Shown here: one piece after another, positions 1-12,670 of the stretch
How positions within the stretch are numbered: the first letter of the stretch is position 1
Layout: the number at the start of each line of letters is the position of its first letter
Assembly (NCBI RefSeq): GCF_036321535.1
Contig: NC_087447.1
Location: 41,418,001-41,482,000, forward strand
Length of the DNA stretch: 64,000 bases
Direction: 5' to 3'
Source: Camelus dromedarius
Taxonomy: Eukaryota
Position numbers and translations under genes: made by a program
The notes under the pieces: generated by a model
Seen by the model: the letters and a program-made list of their open reading frames with translations, nothing else
Databases searched by the model: none
What the model was told of the DNA's origin: nothing

Positions 1-59
1 CTTCTGATTCATAGGAATGTGAGATTTAAGCTGTGTGGGGGAGTGGAAAGGGTCTGGGC

Positions 60-720
60 TTCACATCCCCGAGTGCAACCTTGGGTAAGTTATTCATTGT
101 GCCTCAGTCTTCTCCTCTATAAGCCAAGTGTTACAGTAAATCACCACTAACCACAGCTAACTTTTAAGGCACCCTTGCTGTGTTGCAGGCACTGTGCTAG
201 GTTTGTTGCCTACATGATCTCATTTAATTTTCACACTGCCCCTGTGAGGTAGGTACTATTGCTGTTCCCATTTATAGATGAATTTCAGCACAGGTTAGAA
301 AGTAACGTGCAGTAGGTAACACAGCTAAGTGGTTAGGTGATAGGAGCCTAGATTCAAGTGCTCAGTCCCTCATACAGCACAGAACAGTTTACAAACAGCT
401 TTCACAGGTATCACTGCAATGGGTCCTGTAACATCACTGTGAGGACAGAGATCATCCTCCCCAGGCAACTGGAATTGCAGAGCAGTTAAGTATGACATCC
501 AGTTGCAAGGGAAGAAATTAACACTTGGGGCTCCTACCATGTCCTGGGCTAGACTGTTGACACTTGTTATCTCAGATACCCTTCCTAATGCCCTGTGAGT
601 CAGCAGTGACTGTACCCATTTTACAGGTCAGGAAACCGAGGCACAGAGAGGTTAAGCCAGCTGTCCAGAGTCACATAACAAGGAAGTTACAAGGCCTGGA
701 TTCCACCGCCTCATGACCGT
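60..720. mobile_element. Cluster of MIR SINE fragments
   Basis: MIR core motifs accttgggtaagtta...gtgcctcagt; cccattttacaggtcaggaaaccgaggcacagagaggttaag. Confidence 0.7.
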
Positions 721-3700
721 AAGCCGAGGAAATGGGCCTAGAATGATTGTTTCTTCTTTCTAGTCCAGAAAGTGCCCCATTTTACTGTAGTGGAGTTTGA
801 GCGCACAGGAAAGGGATAACTGTTCATTTACATGTGGTAGGTATTCAATAAATATGGAATTGAGTTGAATTTACTCAATGAATGTTTATTGAATTTATTC
901 AACAAGTGTTTATTGAGCCCTAACCAACCAAGGCCCCGCTCTCAGGGGGTCACTTCCCAGTGGATTTACAGTTGAATGATGATGCTTTCTGATCTGATTT
1001 GCTCTCTCTGATCAGGAACTGGAGGATCCTTGTTCTGTGCTGTACCTAGGAATAGAGCTTAACAACACGCTTTACTGTGTAAGGGGGGTTGCCAACTTTA
1101 CTCTTCATCTTACTTCCCCTTGGCTGCTCAGGCCTTGTCATCACTGGCCAATGGACTGGGGTTCTGTCTACACCTCCGTGGAGACTCTGGAGAAATACGT
1201 GCTCTCCATTGGGGAAAAAGGGTTTAGGACTCAAAGAATTGATCCTCTCTCAGGAATGACATGAAGACAAAATAGATAATGCATGTAAAACACTTGGAAT
1301 CTGGTAAGGACTTTGCAGAGAGGGGAGACCCCCCCAACCCTCCCAACTAACTTAATGAGAACCCTCCTACCATGCTTCCTATGTGACAGGCACTGCTCTG
1401 AGCACCTTACACATAGTAACTTCACAAGAACTGTAGAAGGTAAGTATGATCACTATCCCATTTTACAGATGAGAAAACTGGGGCAAGGAATTACTAGAAC
1501 AAGGGCAGTACCTTGAATGCGCCACTTGAGGATTTTGGATTCATCCTCTCTGAGCTCACTTCCACTTATCTTATCCCACCCTTTGCAAGAACAGCCTCCA
1601 TTGAGATCTTTAAATACATTTTTAGTAAAGCATTAGAATCTGTTGTACAAAATATTGGAGACATCTATTGGGTACCTGCTATGTGGTCTCAACCCCTCAA
1701 GGTAGATATTATTATTATCTCTATTTTATAGAAGAAGACACTGAGTCTCTGGGAGGTTATGTAATTGTCAAAGGTCACGTGGTTGTGTCATGGTTGAGGG
1801 GAGATTCAAACCCATTTCTGCTGAGGTTTTCCTGCTACCTTTGCCTCCTTCCCTGACCCCACCTAGGAGTAAGGCCAGTGTCCTGGACACCAGAAGCCCC
1901 AGGGATGGGAGGCAGGTACTTGATGCCTCATCCTCTGTGGAAGAGAAGCTTGAAAAAGGTCAAGAAGACAGTTCCCCCAGGATGGCTTCTAGTGGTTCTG
2001 GTCAGAGAGTAAGCACTGAGATTGTAGCTATGGACAAAGCAGAAAGTGCTTTAGAAATGCTGGTCATTAAAGATGGTCAAGAATATATATTACAATTACT
2101 TATCCTTAGTCCCTATTGTGAGTAATGGAGTAGATTGTCATTTTTTGTTTCTCTGATTTACCTGTCAGATTGCGTATCAGCTACTTAGGGTCAGGGGCAG
2201 TGCTTTTCATGTATCTCCAACCCTCAGCATAGGCTCTAGCATGTGGTAGGAGCTCATGGAAGGATGGATGGGTGGATGGATGGCCGATGAGTGGGTACAT
2301 GGGTAGAGAGATGGATGGTTGTGTGACAGGTTGGGTGGATAATTTGGCTGTATGGATGATTAAATGCTTGGACTTGAGGGAGGGGAGATGGAGGGAGGAA
2401 CAGTGTTAGGGCAGGAGGGAGGAGGAGAGGACAGAAGAGGGTGATGATGATTAGTGGCTGGCGGGCTGGATGATACCTCTCCACAGAGGGAGACTAACAG
2501 ACACTGTGTGCACGTTCACACTGCTGCCGTCTGTTGGCGTGAGACTGAGAACAGTGATGAAGAGGGCAGGATCATCTGGTGGTGGCTGGTCCCTGACCAC
2601 TAAGAATAGGGTGGAAAATGGCAGGAAAGAGGGTCCACCAGAGGCAGGGCGGGCCATGGGTGCGTGAGGAGATCCACACGATGGGCACCGGGGAGCCTTC
2701 GGGGAGCTGGGAACTGGTCCTCCGTGCTTGGCAGGGAGGAGCCCAAGGCCCAGTAGAGCTCAGCAGAGGCTCTTCTGCTTTCTCCCATGCTCTGACGACT
2801 CACTGCTGGAACAATCATTTTCTTGCAAGTCCCCAGAGTCCTTTTATCCTGTCACAAGAGTGCTGAGCCCTCTTTGCTGCTGGGGCCCCTCTCTGCAGAG
2901 GCAGTCCCTGTCTACAGCCCAGGCTGTGAGGGCAGGACCTGAGGATACAGTCACCACAGCACAGTGCCCACCCTCCGTCACCACCCTCACCATCATCATC
3001 ATTATTAGTGCTTTATTTCATCCAACCCTTAAAACAAGCCTGGAAAATAGGGATTATTAGCTCCACATAATGTTTGAGAACATGAAACTCAGAGACGTTA
3101 AGTAACTTGCCCAAGGTCACCCAGGTGAGATGCCAGTCTGGACCTCCCGACATCACCACCCACACTGCCTTCCTGCAGGATCCTTCTCTCCCAGCCCATC
3201 TGCCAGGGCCCAAGTGCAGGAGCTAAACGCCCCACTCCCTCCTGGGCCGGCTGGGCTGGTCTGTTGCTCAGAGCTTCTGCGCCAGGCCTAGTCACGTGAC
3301 ATTGGGGAAGGGATGCTAATATTCCCGGCTGTGACACTGGCCTATATTTATCCCTGCACCCAGGCAGTTAGGAAACAGTGGTGCATTCCTGGGAATTTAT
3401 GAGAGAAATAAACATTTAACTGTTTCTATAAGGTTTATTTAAGGAGAACAAAATGTGACCTGCTGGCTTATTATATAGAATGAGCTTGCCAGGAGATGGC
3501 CCAGCCCCGTCAGTGCCCAGGGCTGGCTCCAGAGAAGGGGAACAGATCCCTGAGGAGACTGGGCCTCTGGCAGGGTGAGAGGGGTGCCCCTGCTATCTTT
3601 CCTCCAGCTGTGTGTTCAGCCTGGAGGGCTTCCTAGAGGAAGAGGCTCTTGGGGGAAGGTGCAGCTTGGAAGAATAAGAGAGGAGTGTCAGAGGCCTGTT

Positions 3701-3832
3701 GGACACCAGGAACCAGGGGAGGTGAGACTCGAGACCTGGAGACAATTGGTAAGGGCAACATGTGTAGTGGGAAGGCCAACAGGCCCTGTGTTGGTCTCTT
3801 CCCCTATTTCCCGGCTGCGCAGCCCTGGACAA

Positions 3833-3836
<4 letters not shown>

Positions 3837-3868
<32 letters not shown>
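3837..3868. repeat. Poly(T)32 tract
   Basis: Directly visible. Confidence 0.97.
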
Positions 3869-3869
<1 letters not shown>

Positions 3870-4497
3870 GTGAAGTGGGGATTGAAATGGGAAAAGAGGG
3901 GAGAAAAAGAAATATATCAGCCCCCTATTCCACGCTCAGGGCTTTTGCGTTCACTTTCTCATCTCCTCCGTGCGATTCTGTAAGGCCAGGAGGTATTATC
4001 ACCCCCGGCTGTACATGCGCATCCTGAGGTTCATTCGCAGAGTTGCTGGAAGGATTACGAGAAAACACACAGGAAGTGTCTGGCACAGGGCCCCGCGTGC
4101 GGTAGCTCAGAGTAAATGTCACTTCCCTCTATCCAGGTTTGTCTCCTTGCTTCTCCTGTCTGTAAAAGGCATCTCTACTTGGCCTGAGATGCAGATGGTG
4201 AGACAGGACGTGGAGCCAGGTGAAGGGGGACTTGGAGTTGGGCTTCCGTGGGACTCTGATTACTTGAGCTTGTGTGGCCAGATGCCCAGGGAAGACGCTT
4301 TATGGCTGTGACCAGAAAGGTGAGGACCTCCTAATTTAACTGCAACAGATGGTTCAGACTCAGAACTAAGAACAACAGTCTCCTCAAAACCAAATTCCAG
4401 AGTCACTCATTTAGCCCCAAAAATACCAATAACAATGTAACATCTGACTCACTGAGCCTTTACTAGCTGCCAGATGCCCTTCTATGAGCTTTCCATC

Positions 4498-4634
4498 TGG
4501 AGTCACCAGATTTAGCAAATGAAAATACAGATATGTGCATGCAATACTTGGGACATACTTACAGTAAAAAATTATTTGTTATTTATCTGAAGCTCCAGTA
4601 TAACTGAGCATCCTGTATTTTATCTGGCAATCCT
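4498..4634. mobile_element. MER53 (hAT-like MITE), left arm partly deleted
   Basis: Inverted termini gagtcaccagatttagcaaat...aaaatacag and ctgtattttatctggcaatcct; internal tgggacatactta. Confidence 0.8.
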
Positions 4635-4639
4635 ATTTC

Positions 4640-4810
4640 TATATAAACCCATTTAATTCTTGTAACTACCCTGAGAAATAGTTATTTTATAGATGAGGTA
4701 ACTGAGGCACAGAGAGGTGAGGTAACTTGCCCAAGGTCACACAGCTAGGAAGTGAAAAGCTGTATTGTAAATTAGTGTGGCTCCAGAGCCTGAGGCCTTT
4801 TAAATCCTAA
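4640..4810 (-). mobile_element. MIR SINE
   Basis: attttatagatgaggtaactgaggcacagagaggtgaggtaacttgcccaaggtcacacagcta. Confidence 0.8.
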
Positions 4811-5799
4811 CGCCATTAACTTTCCTGAGTGCTGCTAGCTTTCTTGAGGCCCTGCCTTCTATTTCGGCAGCTCAGAGTGGGAGCAGGGATGAATATTTAC
4901 ACTGCATTAAAACCTGGCAGAATTCACCCCAGCAGACCCCTGGAATCTTCCCACTGTCTCCTGATTATGGTCTCCCCAGTGGTCACTAAAGTGAAACACA
5001 GCCAGCACAAGACTGAATGTTCCCCCCAAAGACAGTTTTGTAGAAAATTAGAAATGGCCGAGAGCTTTCTGTGAGCTGATGAGGGAGAGAACACTTTGAT
5101 TTTATTATTGTTTATTTTGCACACATTGGAAGGAGAGAGTGAGGACATTCTAGGACATTCCATCAGAGGATTAGAGGACTTACCCCTGATGGCTTCATGC
5201 CTCCTGGTTTTTAAGCGGTTTCAAATTATATGTGTCCGTAGTTACATGCTTGGCACTTGCCACCCATGGCTTGTTTCTGCCTTTCTGTGTGGGCACCTCT
5301 GCCCCGACCATCCTCTGAGTGAGGGTGCCTGCAGCCCCATGCGGGACAGTCACCTCCCGAGAGCTTTGCTGCAAGTGGCCTTTCGCCAGGAGGCAGGGAG
5401 AACTCCACCAGGAAGCAGCTCCTCCAATGCCTTGCAGATCATCCCTCAGTGTTGACACCAGGTCCGGGGCCTACCTGGGATGGAGGTGGGGGCGGGGAGC
5501 AGGGTCCTCCCACCGCACTCCCCATCCCACTGTGTTAACTGGGAAACATTTCAGAGGCCTGCCTAGTTCACCTTTGTCTGCCCAGGTCCTAGCATAGACC
5601 ATAGCACATAATAGGCATTCAGTACATGTTTGCTGGAGGAAAGGACAGAATAAACTGTAATAATGTGGAATGTTTACAGACCCGCACCTCTCTTAGACTC
5701 TTAAGACTTTTAAAAACTTTTGTGAGTCAATCCTAAAAAGGAAGGGTAAGACAGTTTGCAGTAATAGACAATAAAGAATTGGATGGAGCTTGAGGAGTA

Positions 5800-5925
5800 A
5801 GCTGAGGAGGGAGGGAGGGAAGGAGGGACGGAGAGAAAGAGAAGAGGGTGGGGAGGGGAGGGGAGATTTGGGAGGGTAAGCAAGTAAGAGTCAAAGGGGA
5901 GAGGAGTGGAGAGGGTGGGAGAAAA
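5800..5925 (+). repeat. Purine-rich (GGA/GA) low-complexity tract
   Basis: gaggagggagggagggaaggagggacggagagaaagagaagagggtggggaggggaggggag. Confidence 0.85.
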
Positions 5926-6379
5926 GATTTGTTCCCCCTTCCTGTCCTCTGAGGTGAGAGTGAAGAGTGGAATTCTCTTTACATTGCTGCTGACCAATTC
6001 TTTAAAGCAAGCTTTCTCAGATGCTGGCCCACATGGGTCATGGCTTCATGAGCTTTCAGATTCAATAGTTTAACTTCAGAGTCAAACCATGGACTGTAAG
6101 AAGGAGCATGTATTTCTTTTTATATGCTAGGGGTGTTTATATTTATCAAATCATTCCCCCACTTTCCTAGTTTTGCATTTTTTATATCATAGTTTATTGT
6201 GGGTGACATCAGATTGCTTTGAGAAATAGGTCGTGTGTCGTCAAAGTTAAATAAATAAATGAACTATATTCTACTTACTTAGCAGCTGGAATATGTGAAA
6301 CTCTTGGAAATGGGTATATAGTGTAACCCCATAACCACCACCGCAACTTTATTTTTCGGAACACAACAAGCAGACATTA

Positions 6380-6451
6380 ATGTTTGGCCCCTCCTGCACC
6401 AGTGCATGCCGGGAATTTGTAAAAGCCCCACCCCAAGGGATGGCAGAAACC
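6380..6451 (+). CDS. Candidate alternative first coding exon of IRAG1 (MFGPSCTSACREFVKAPPQGMAET, or MAET from 6440)
   Basis: TATATA at 6315-6320; ATG 6380; in-frame gggATGG at 6440; donor ACC|gtaaga at 6451/6452 in phase 0, matching the phase-0 acceptor at 10283. No transcript evidence. Confidence 0.35.
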
Positions 6452-6729
6452 GTAAGATATAACAAATGTGAAAATGATATTTTCACCAAAGTGCATGTCT
6501 TCTTGTTCATTAGAGGAGTCATACAAGAAAGAAATTCTCTACATATGACAAACTTGGAAAGAGTAATTTCTGAGCTGAGACTTTCACTGTTGAAGTAAAC
6601 TCCACCCAGAGAAGGAACCTCATATATGCTGTAAGCATAGTCAGTGTTTTGATTGGCATTTCCGTGGTAACAGTCACCCATGAGGCCATATGGACAGAAG
6701 CTCCATCAAGATGTCATGAAGTTGCACAT

Positions 6730-7053
6730 CCACGAATAAGTCCTAGAGATTTATGGTACAACATGGCACCCAGAGTTAACAATGCTGTATTGTTTGCCCC
6801 CAAATTTGCTAAGAACATAGATCTTATAAGTGTTCTTATCATCATCATCATCACAGCAATAATAACAATAATAATAAAATAAATAAGGCAGGAGGAAACT
6901 TTTAGAAGTGATGGGTAGCTTTATAGCATGGAGTGTGGTAAGGATTTCCCAGTGTTTGCATATCTCTAAACTCATCAAATTGTATACATGAAATGTGTAT
7001 AGCTTTTCATATATCAAACATTCCTTAATAAAGTAGTTTGAGTTAAAAAAAAA
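6730..7053 (+). mobile_element. L1MA/L1MB-type 3' end fragment
   Basis: aaatttgctaagaacatagatctta...ggaggaaacttttagaagtgatggg...aaactcatcaaattgtatacat...aataaag plus A tail. Confidence 0.75.
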
Positions 7054-10000
7054 TGATGTGGGTAGAGGAGGCTTTAAGCACAAACTTCCTATGCCCCAGA
7101 AAACCAAGGTAGGCTAAGAATTCAGGGTTGCAGGGCAGTAACTCAGAGGCCTTTGGGGCCAGGCAGGGAGTGTAAATGATTGGAGCTGACTCTAAGCAAA
7201 GGTTATTCTGCAGAACTGTGGACCAGGATGGCTTGTTCTCTTGGTTTTTCAGGAAAAGCAGGAAATCCAGACCTTTATGGGAGTTCTTCCAATTCTGAAG
7301 TGTTGGTAACTAATATAAACACTTGTAAACACTACTCACAGCAAATGGCTCCCAGGTCTCCAATTTGCACCTCTGAGCTCAGAGGATAGGTTTCAGAGGA
7401 TGCTAGTTCTCTGACTGAGATCCATGGGACCACCTCGGCAGGAAACCCTCTTAGTGATGTGGAGAGGAGCCTTGGAAAAACGTTAGCCCTTCCTGCCTCC
7501 CGGAGAATCCACACAGTAGAAAATGCCCCCCCAGTCCTTCCTCTTCACTGGCTCTCCCATTAGCTGGGCACCTGCCCCCAGCCCTGCCTGCCCCAGCTCC
7601 ACCCCATCACCTGCCATTTTGACACAGTGCTTGCCTTTCTTGACCTCAGCAGCTCCCCGGGATGCTGGTCCACTGTGTGTCCCCAGGCCCCACACCATGA
7701 CCCAAGATCCCCCTGCTTTCCTCCTGCCCTTTGGAAAGCCCCAGCCCCTCTGCTGCTCTCTGGCCTCCCACCAGGGGAGCCTGGTGGACAAAAATAGGGG
7801 AGAACTGAGTGGAGCTGCTGTTCATTTGAATGATAACCATGAGTAATGGGTATTTTTAGACCATGTGACACTTATCAAAGTGGATACACATTCATTATTT
7901 CATTTCATTTGCACAAACTTCTGAGACAGCAAGCCTTTGACCATCTTATAGTTACGGGAAGTGAGGGAGAATATAAGAGGACAAAGCAAGTGACCAGCTC
8001 ATCACAAGCCATCAAGATGAAACTGTCCATAGAAGGAGTTGTTTGCTTTTTGGGAAACTACCAACTTCTGTCCTTGCGACAGAATATATATATATATATA
8101 TTTCTTATAAGTCACAATGTCACAGCCCCCATCCCTGGACTCTCCTATCTCACATACTCCATAGTCCATGCTCCAGCTACACTGATGAATCCCTAATGCC
8201 CAGTTATGCCTCTTGCTAATGCTTCTCCCTTTGCCCAAAGCGTCTCCCCTAATATCTTTGTCTTGCAAGCTTCTATTCATCCCTCAAGACCTGGCTCAAA
8301 TGTCGCCTTCTCTGGAGAGTCTTCTCCAACTACCCTGATGAAGAGAGTTCTCTTTCCTTTCCTTTGGCTTTTACAGAATGTGGTCCATCCCTTATCACCT
8401 TATATATATTTTAAGTATTAATTACTTCTCTGTATCCCTTGCTTTACTGTGAGCTCTTGAAAGTCTTTGTATCTCAAGCTTCTCCTGGCACATGATAGGT
8501 AACTACAATGTGTCTGTTGAATGAAAGAAAAAAGTAATCTGACTATTATAACCATTTATTGAAAATATCCATCATGTGCTAAGTCCTCACGTCAACCTTT
8601 ATGATAATGGAGCATATCGAAGTTCGATAACTTGCCCAGGAAACATGGCTAGTAGATGATGAGCAGAAATTTGAGCACAGGTCTGTATGATTCTTCCAAT
8701 TGGCAGTGCTGCCTCCTACTCCTACCCAGCCACAGTCCTTGCCCAAACTGCCTTTCTGTGTGCTCGGGAGTTCTGAGAGCTTTCCCTTCCTCCAAGCACT
8801 GCAGCTCCCTCCAGCTGAAGAGGTCCCAGAACACAGGGGTCCGATGTTTCCTGGCTAGACTCAGACACTCTTCACCAGCTCACCTGGCCTGATGTCTGAG
8901 GCCAAGGGAGGGAAGAGATGCAAATGAATGTGGGAAGAGCTGGTCAGTTTCACTAAAATTTGTGGGATTTAAGAAGTTCAGACAGCACTGTACAGTCCCT
9001 ACTTAACAAAGAGCAATAATGTGAAAAGGACAGAGGGTCTTCTCCCCTCCTTGCAAGGAGCCAACATCTGCATACTGAAGGCTCAAGAACACAACTCAGC
9101 CGTGGCTCTGCAAGGGCAGCCCCCAGGCCATGGCTTCAGTGGGGCCAGTAGAGGTAAGAGCACTGAATGCCCAGGGACTCCAGAAGAAAATGAACTCCAG
9201 AGAAAGTGCCCAGGGGGATCTGCCTTCTAAAGCTTCAGGAGGTCACATCAGCAGTGGGAAGTGGTGTGGCATGCTTGGGAGCATGGGGAGACAGACCTTT
9301 GGCAGGGAGAGGAGAGCATTCACAGGGGGCCTGGAGAGGAGAAGGAAGATGGTGAAGGTCGGAGGAGAGGACTCCCTAGAGAGTCTCCCAGACATAACTG
9401 GGAACAATTCTGAGATGGAAATACTGCAGTAGCATGTGGCAGAAGAACCAGAGAGATACTGTGTGTTACTGTTAACTGGTCCTATTTCTATCCCCAGTCC
9501 ACATAGATAGGGGAAAACATAGGTTGACGTGCATCTTTACAGGGTCTTATACGTCCTATACAGTATTGCTTTTATTTCAGTCATTCATTTGCCAACTAAT
9601 ACTTCTTATACTCCAGATATAGGATTTTACAGCTCACACAGCCAACTCATGTAGCCATCAGCAGCATAACAGTAGACCAGTTTTACTACAACTTCCCCAA
9701 CCGAGGACCTAATAACTCATTTTGACTGTTAGTAGTTTTGTTCTGTTTTGTTTAGCAGTTGCAAAATATCTTGAAAAATCTAACAATTGGCTAGTGAATT
9801 CTTATTTCAGAAATATGTATTCATTTAGATAAACATTTTTACAAAGTTACAAGAGTTAAACTGCATTCCATTACCCATTGAACAAATCACCTTTATTGAA
9901 ATATTTCTATTACCCAATGTAGGACTGTCACTGGGTATCAGGAACATGTGGGTGCCACTGCTTTTTCTGCTGGTCTCCGTCATTCTCCAGCCAGGCTGGC

Positions 10001-10282
10001 TGCAGTCTGAGGACCCCACACCATTCTTTTCCTACATTGTTAATGAGAACTAACCAGGGATGGCTTAGAGTTTCCTTAAACTTAGTGCATGAAAAGTGGA
10101 CTGTGTTAAGCTCAGTGAATGCCTGGTGGGGAATGAAGGAGAAATTGATTTTTTTCCCTTGAATAATCCAAATAAACTGCATTCAACTCTTGTTAAGAAG
10201 GCTCTGAGTGTCATAATGCTGAAATAAAGGCTCCAGTTCCTGATAGCTTAACTCCATCTGTGTTTTTGTTCTAAACCATCAG

Positions 10283-10383
10283 GGCCCTCCCACCGCAGGA
10301 ATATCTTGCAGTCCACCCACCATCATCCTGACCGGGGATGCCAGTTCACCGGAAGGAGAAACTGACAAAAACCTGGTCAACAG
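10283..10383 (+). CDS. IRAG1: IRAG1 coding exon (phase 0-2) [33 protein letters not shown](R)
   Basis: ccatcag|GGC...AACAG|gtacat; 101 nt; matches recalled IRAG1 N-terminal region. Confidence 0.95.
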
Positions 10384-11221
10384 GTACATCCTATATGCTT
10401 AATCTTTGTGCTGTAAAGAGCAGTATTTCCTAGCACATGGGGGATTAGACAGGTCTCTTTTTGTAAATCTTTTATTCTTTCTTGATCATTTTATTGATGA
10501 AATACAATCAAGCAGTTTTTCAAAATGGGAGAGAGAGCTTGGGATTTTTCCGTTATCTTTCCCTTCAATGATTTTTTTCCCTCCTGGGTTTGGCTCTTTG
10601 CAATTTGCTAACCTTTAAGAATAGCACAAATCCTAGCAGGGGAGTTCCCTACAATAACTGCCCAGACATCTGCAAACAGACCTGAAAGATATGTCTTTGA
10701 CTGTAGATTCCTCCCCCAGGTCAAAGTGGGTTCTGTGTGGAAGATGATCTTATTGGGAGGGACATTGGCTCATGTGCGGAGATGTTGCTGCCTTGGTTTT
10801 ACATAGCACTAGACCATCTAATCTAGCAGGAATGAGATTGTCTAAGTGTAATTTCCAAAAAGGTACGAAGATAATGCTCATGCAAATATATAGTGACCTT
10901 GTGTCAAAATTTATTTAACTCATTAACGAGGGGACCATCAGGAGAACAAAGTCAGTTCAAAGCAGGATACAAGAAATGGATATACATATATAATCAGTGA
11001 GGAGGAGATGAAAGCTGGCGTAAGTTTGCCAAGTTAGATGTAAAATAGGTTAATGTTTCATAGGGCGATGAAACCTTATTTTTATCGTTTCTCCCCAACA
11101 GAAATCATCTGCATCTCTACTAGATAATTATTCACATTTTGTGAGTTTTCTACAAGTTAGACATTCACTCAGAGTCTAAGCCCTAATAAATAGTACATAG
11201 TCCAAGTGTTATCTCCTTAGG

Positions 11222-11347
11222 GCCATGGTTTGAAAACTTGAGCGAGCATCAGAATCACCTGGGGGGCTTGTTCAGTCACAGATGGCCAGGCCCCACCCTG
11301 AGTTTCTGGTCCTGTAGGTCTGGGATTGCATTTCTAACAAACTTCCA
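11222..11347. mobile_element. MER5A (hAT-Charlie) fragment
   Basis: aaacttgagcgagcatcagaatcacctggggggcttg...ggccccaccc...ttgcatttctaacaa. Confidence 0.75.
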
Positions 11348-11468
11348 AGCTTCAATAACCTTATAAGATGATGCTTTAAGATGACCGAAAGAACATACAA
11401 GCATCTGTTTTCCTACTTATAAGATGCTAACAAATTTCTTAACAATATGGCTCTTTTCTGTCTTTCAG

Positions 11469-11539
11469 AGCTCACAGTCCCCACAGGAGGCTTTCTCACC
11501 GACACTTGAAGGTTTCCACTGCTTCTCTGACTTCTGTGG
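11469..11539 (+). CDS. IRAG1: IRAG1 coding exon (phase 2-1) (R)[23 protein letters not shown]
   Basis: tctttcag|AGCT...GTGG|gtaagg; 71 nt. Confidence 0.95.
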
Positions 11540-12304
11540 GTAAGGACTAAGCCGATTTATCTTATTTCTGCAACCAGAGATAGGGATCCCCCTGAAAGTG
11601 TGTCTGATTAAGAAGACTGAGGTCTGGCAGCTTGGCCAGGCTTGGCCCCTTCCCCTCTCCTGCTTCTCAGGCAGGTCCATCCCTATGCGCCCAACAGGGC
11701 AAAGTGATCAGTCCCCTTTGTTTGAGCCCAGAAGAAGTATGATACCTAATTTCAATTTGTTCTGGTAAAAATACAATACCAGGGCACAAAGAGGAAAATG
11801 AGGAAGTCAACAAGAGACAGAACTGCTGGGTGAGGCTCAGTTTTAGGGTTGAAGGGCAGAACCCTCCACCCCTGCTAGAAAGGCCCACATGCAGGTAGGT
11901 TTGTGCTGGGATGCAAGGTTGGCTGCCCCCATCACCTGCTCATTCCCTGAAGGATTTCTCAGGGTCTGCTCTGGACCATCAGAACATAGATACTATACAA
12001 ACTTGGTCTCTGCCTTCATGTTGCTCGTAGTCAATGAAGAGGCTGAGAATTGAACAGATGTAACCAGGACACTGTATTGTAAGGCACTTCTCAGAAGTGT
12101 TAGGGAAGCTGAGTTGAGAAGGAGACCAATTCCAGCTAGAGAGGAACTGTGGAAGTGTGGGCAGGTCTTCCAGAGAAGAGACGATGTGAGTTGTGCCTTA
12201 GAGAGTTGGGCAGATAGACAAGAGAGAGGAGAGGTAATCCAGGTGGAAGAAGCAACACAATTGGGGAGCAGGACCCATAACAGAGCAGCTGAATTCTCTG
12301 CCGT

Positions 12305-12670
12305 GTGTATCGGTCAAGATTCTTTCATATGATAGAAACTCAAGTCACACTAGCCAAAAATTAAAATAAATAGAAGCCAGGGCTTGTAGTTTCAGGGTGT
12401 GCTGAATCCTGGTGCCCTAGCTGGGTCATTAGCAATTGTCCCATCCCATCTCCCAAGTCTCCTCCCTTGTGTATTGGCTTTCTTCTGGGCAAACAGCTAT
12501 CAGTAAATCCCAGATGACATCCCATCAGTGGAAAGAGCAATCCTCTTCCTCATATACCCAACACAGTTCCCAGAATTGCCTCTTATTGGCCTCAGATGGC
12601 CATCCCTGAGCCAGCCACCCAGGGGGTGGAACTCATTGACTGGCCAAGGATGGTGCATGGTTCCATTACT
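12305..12670 (-). mobile_element. MLT1K/L-like LTR remnant
   Basis: tgtatcggtcaagattct...gatagaaactcaagtcacactagc; catccctgagccagccacc...tgactggcc; recognised by resemblance only. Confidence 0.45.

Noticed and set aside
830..920. Apparent hairpin or miRNA-like inverted repeat (ttcaataaat...tttattgaa)
   Set aside because: Explained by tail-to-tail L2 3' ends; the pairing looks too short and imperfect to call a pre-miRNA without folding and small-RNA data.
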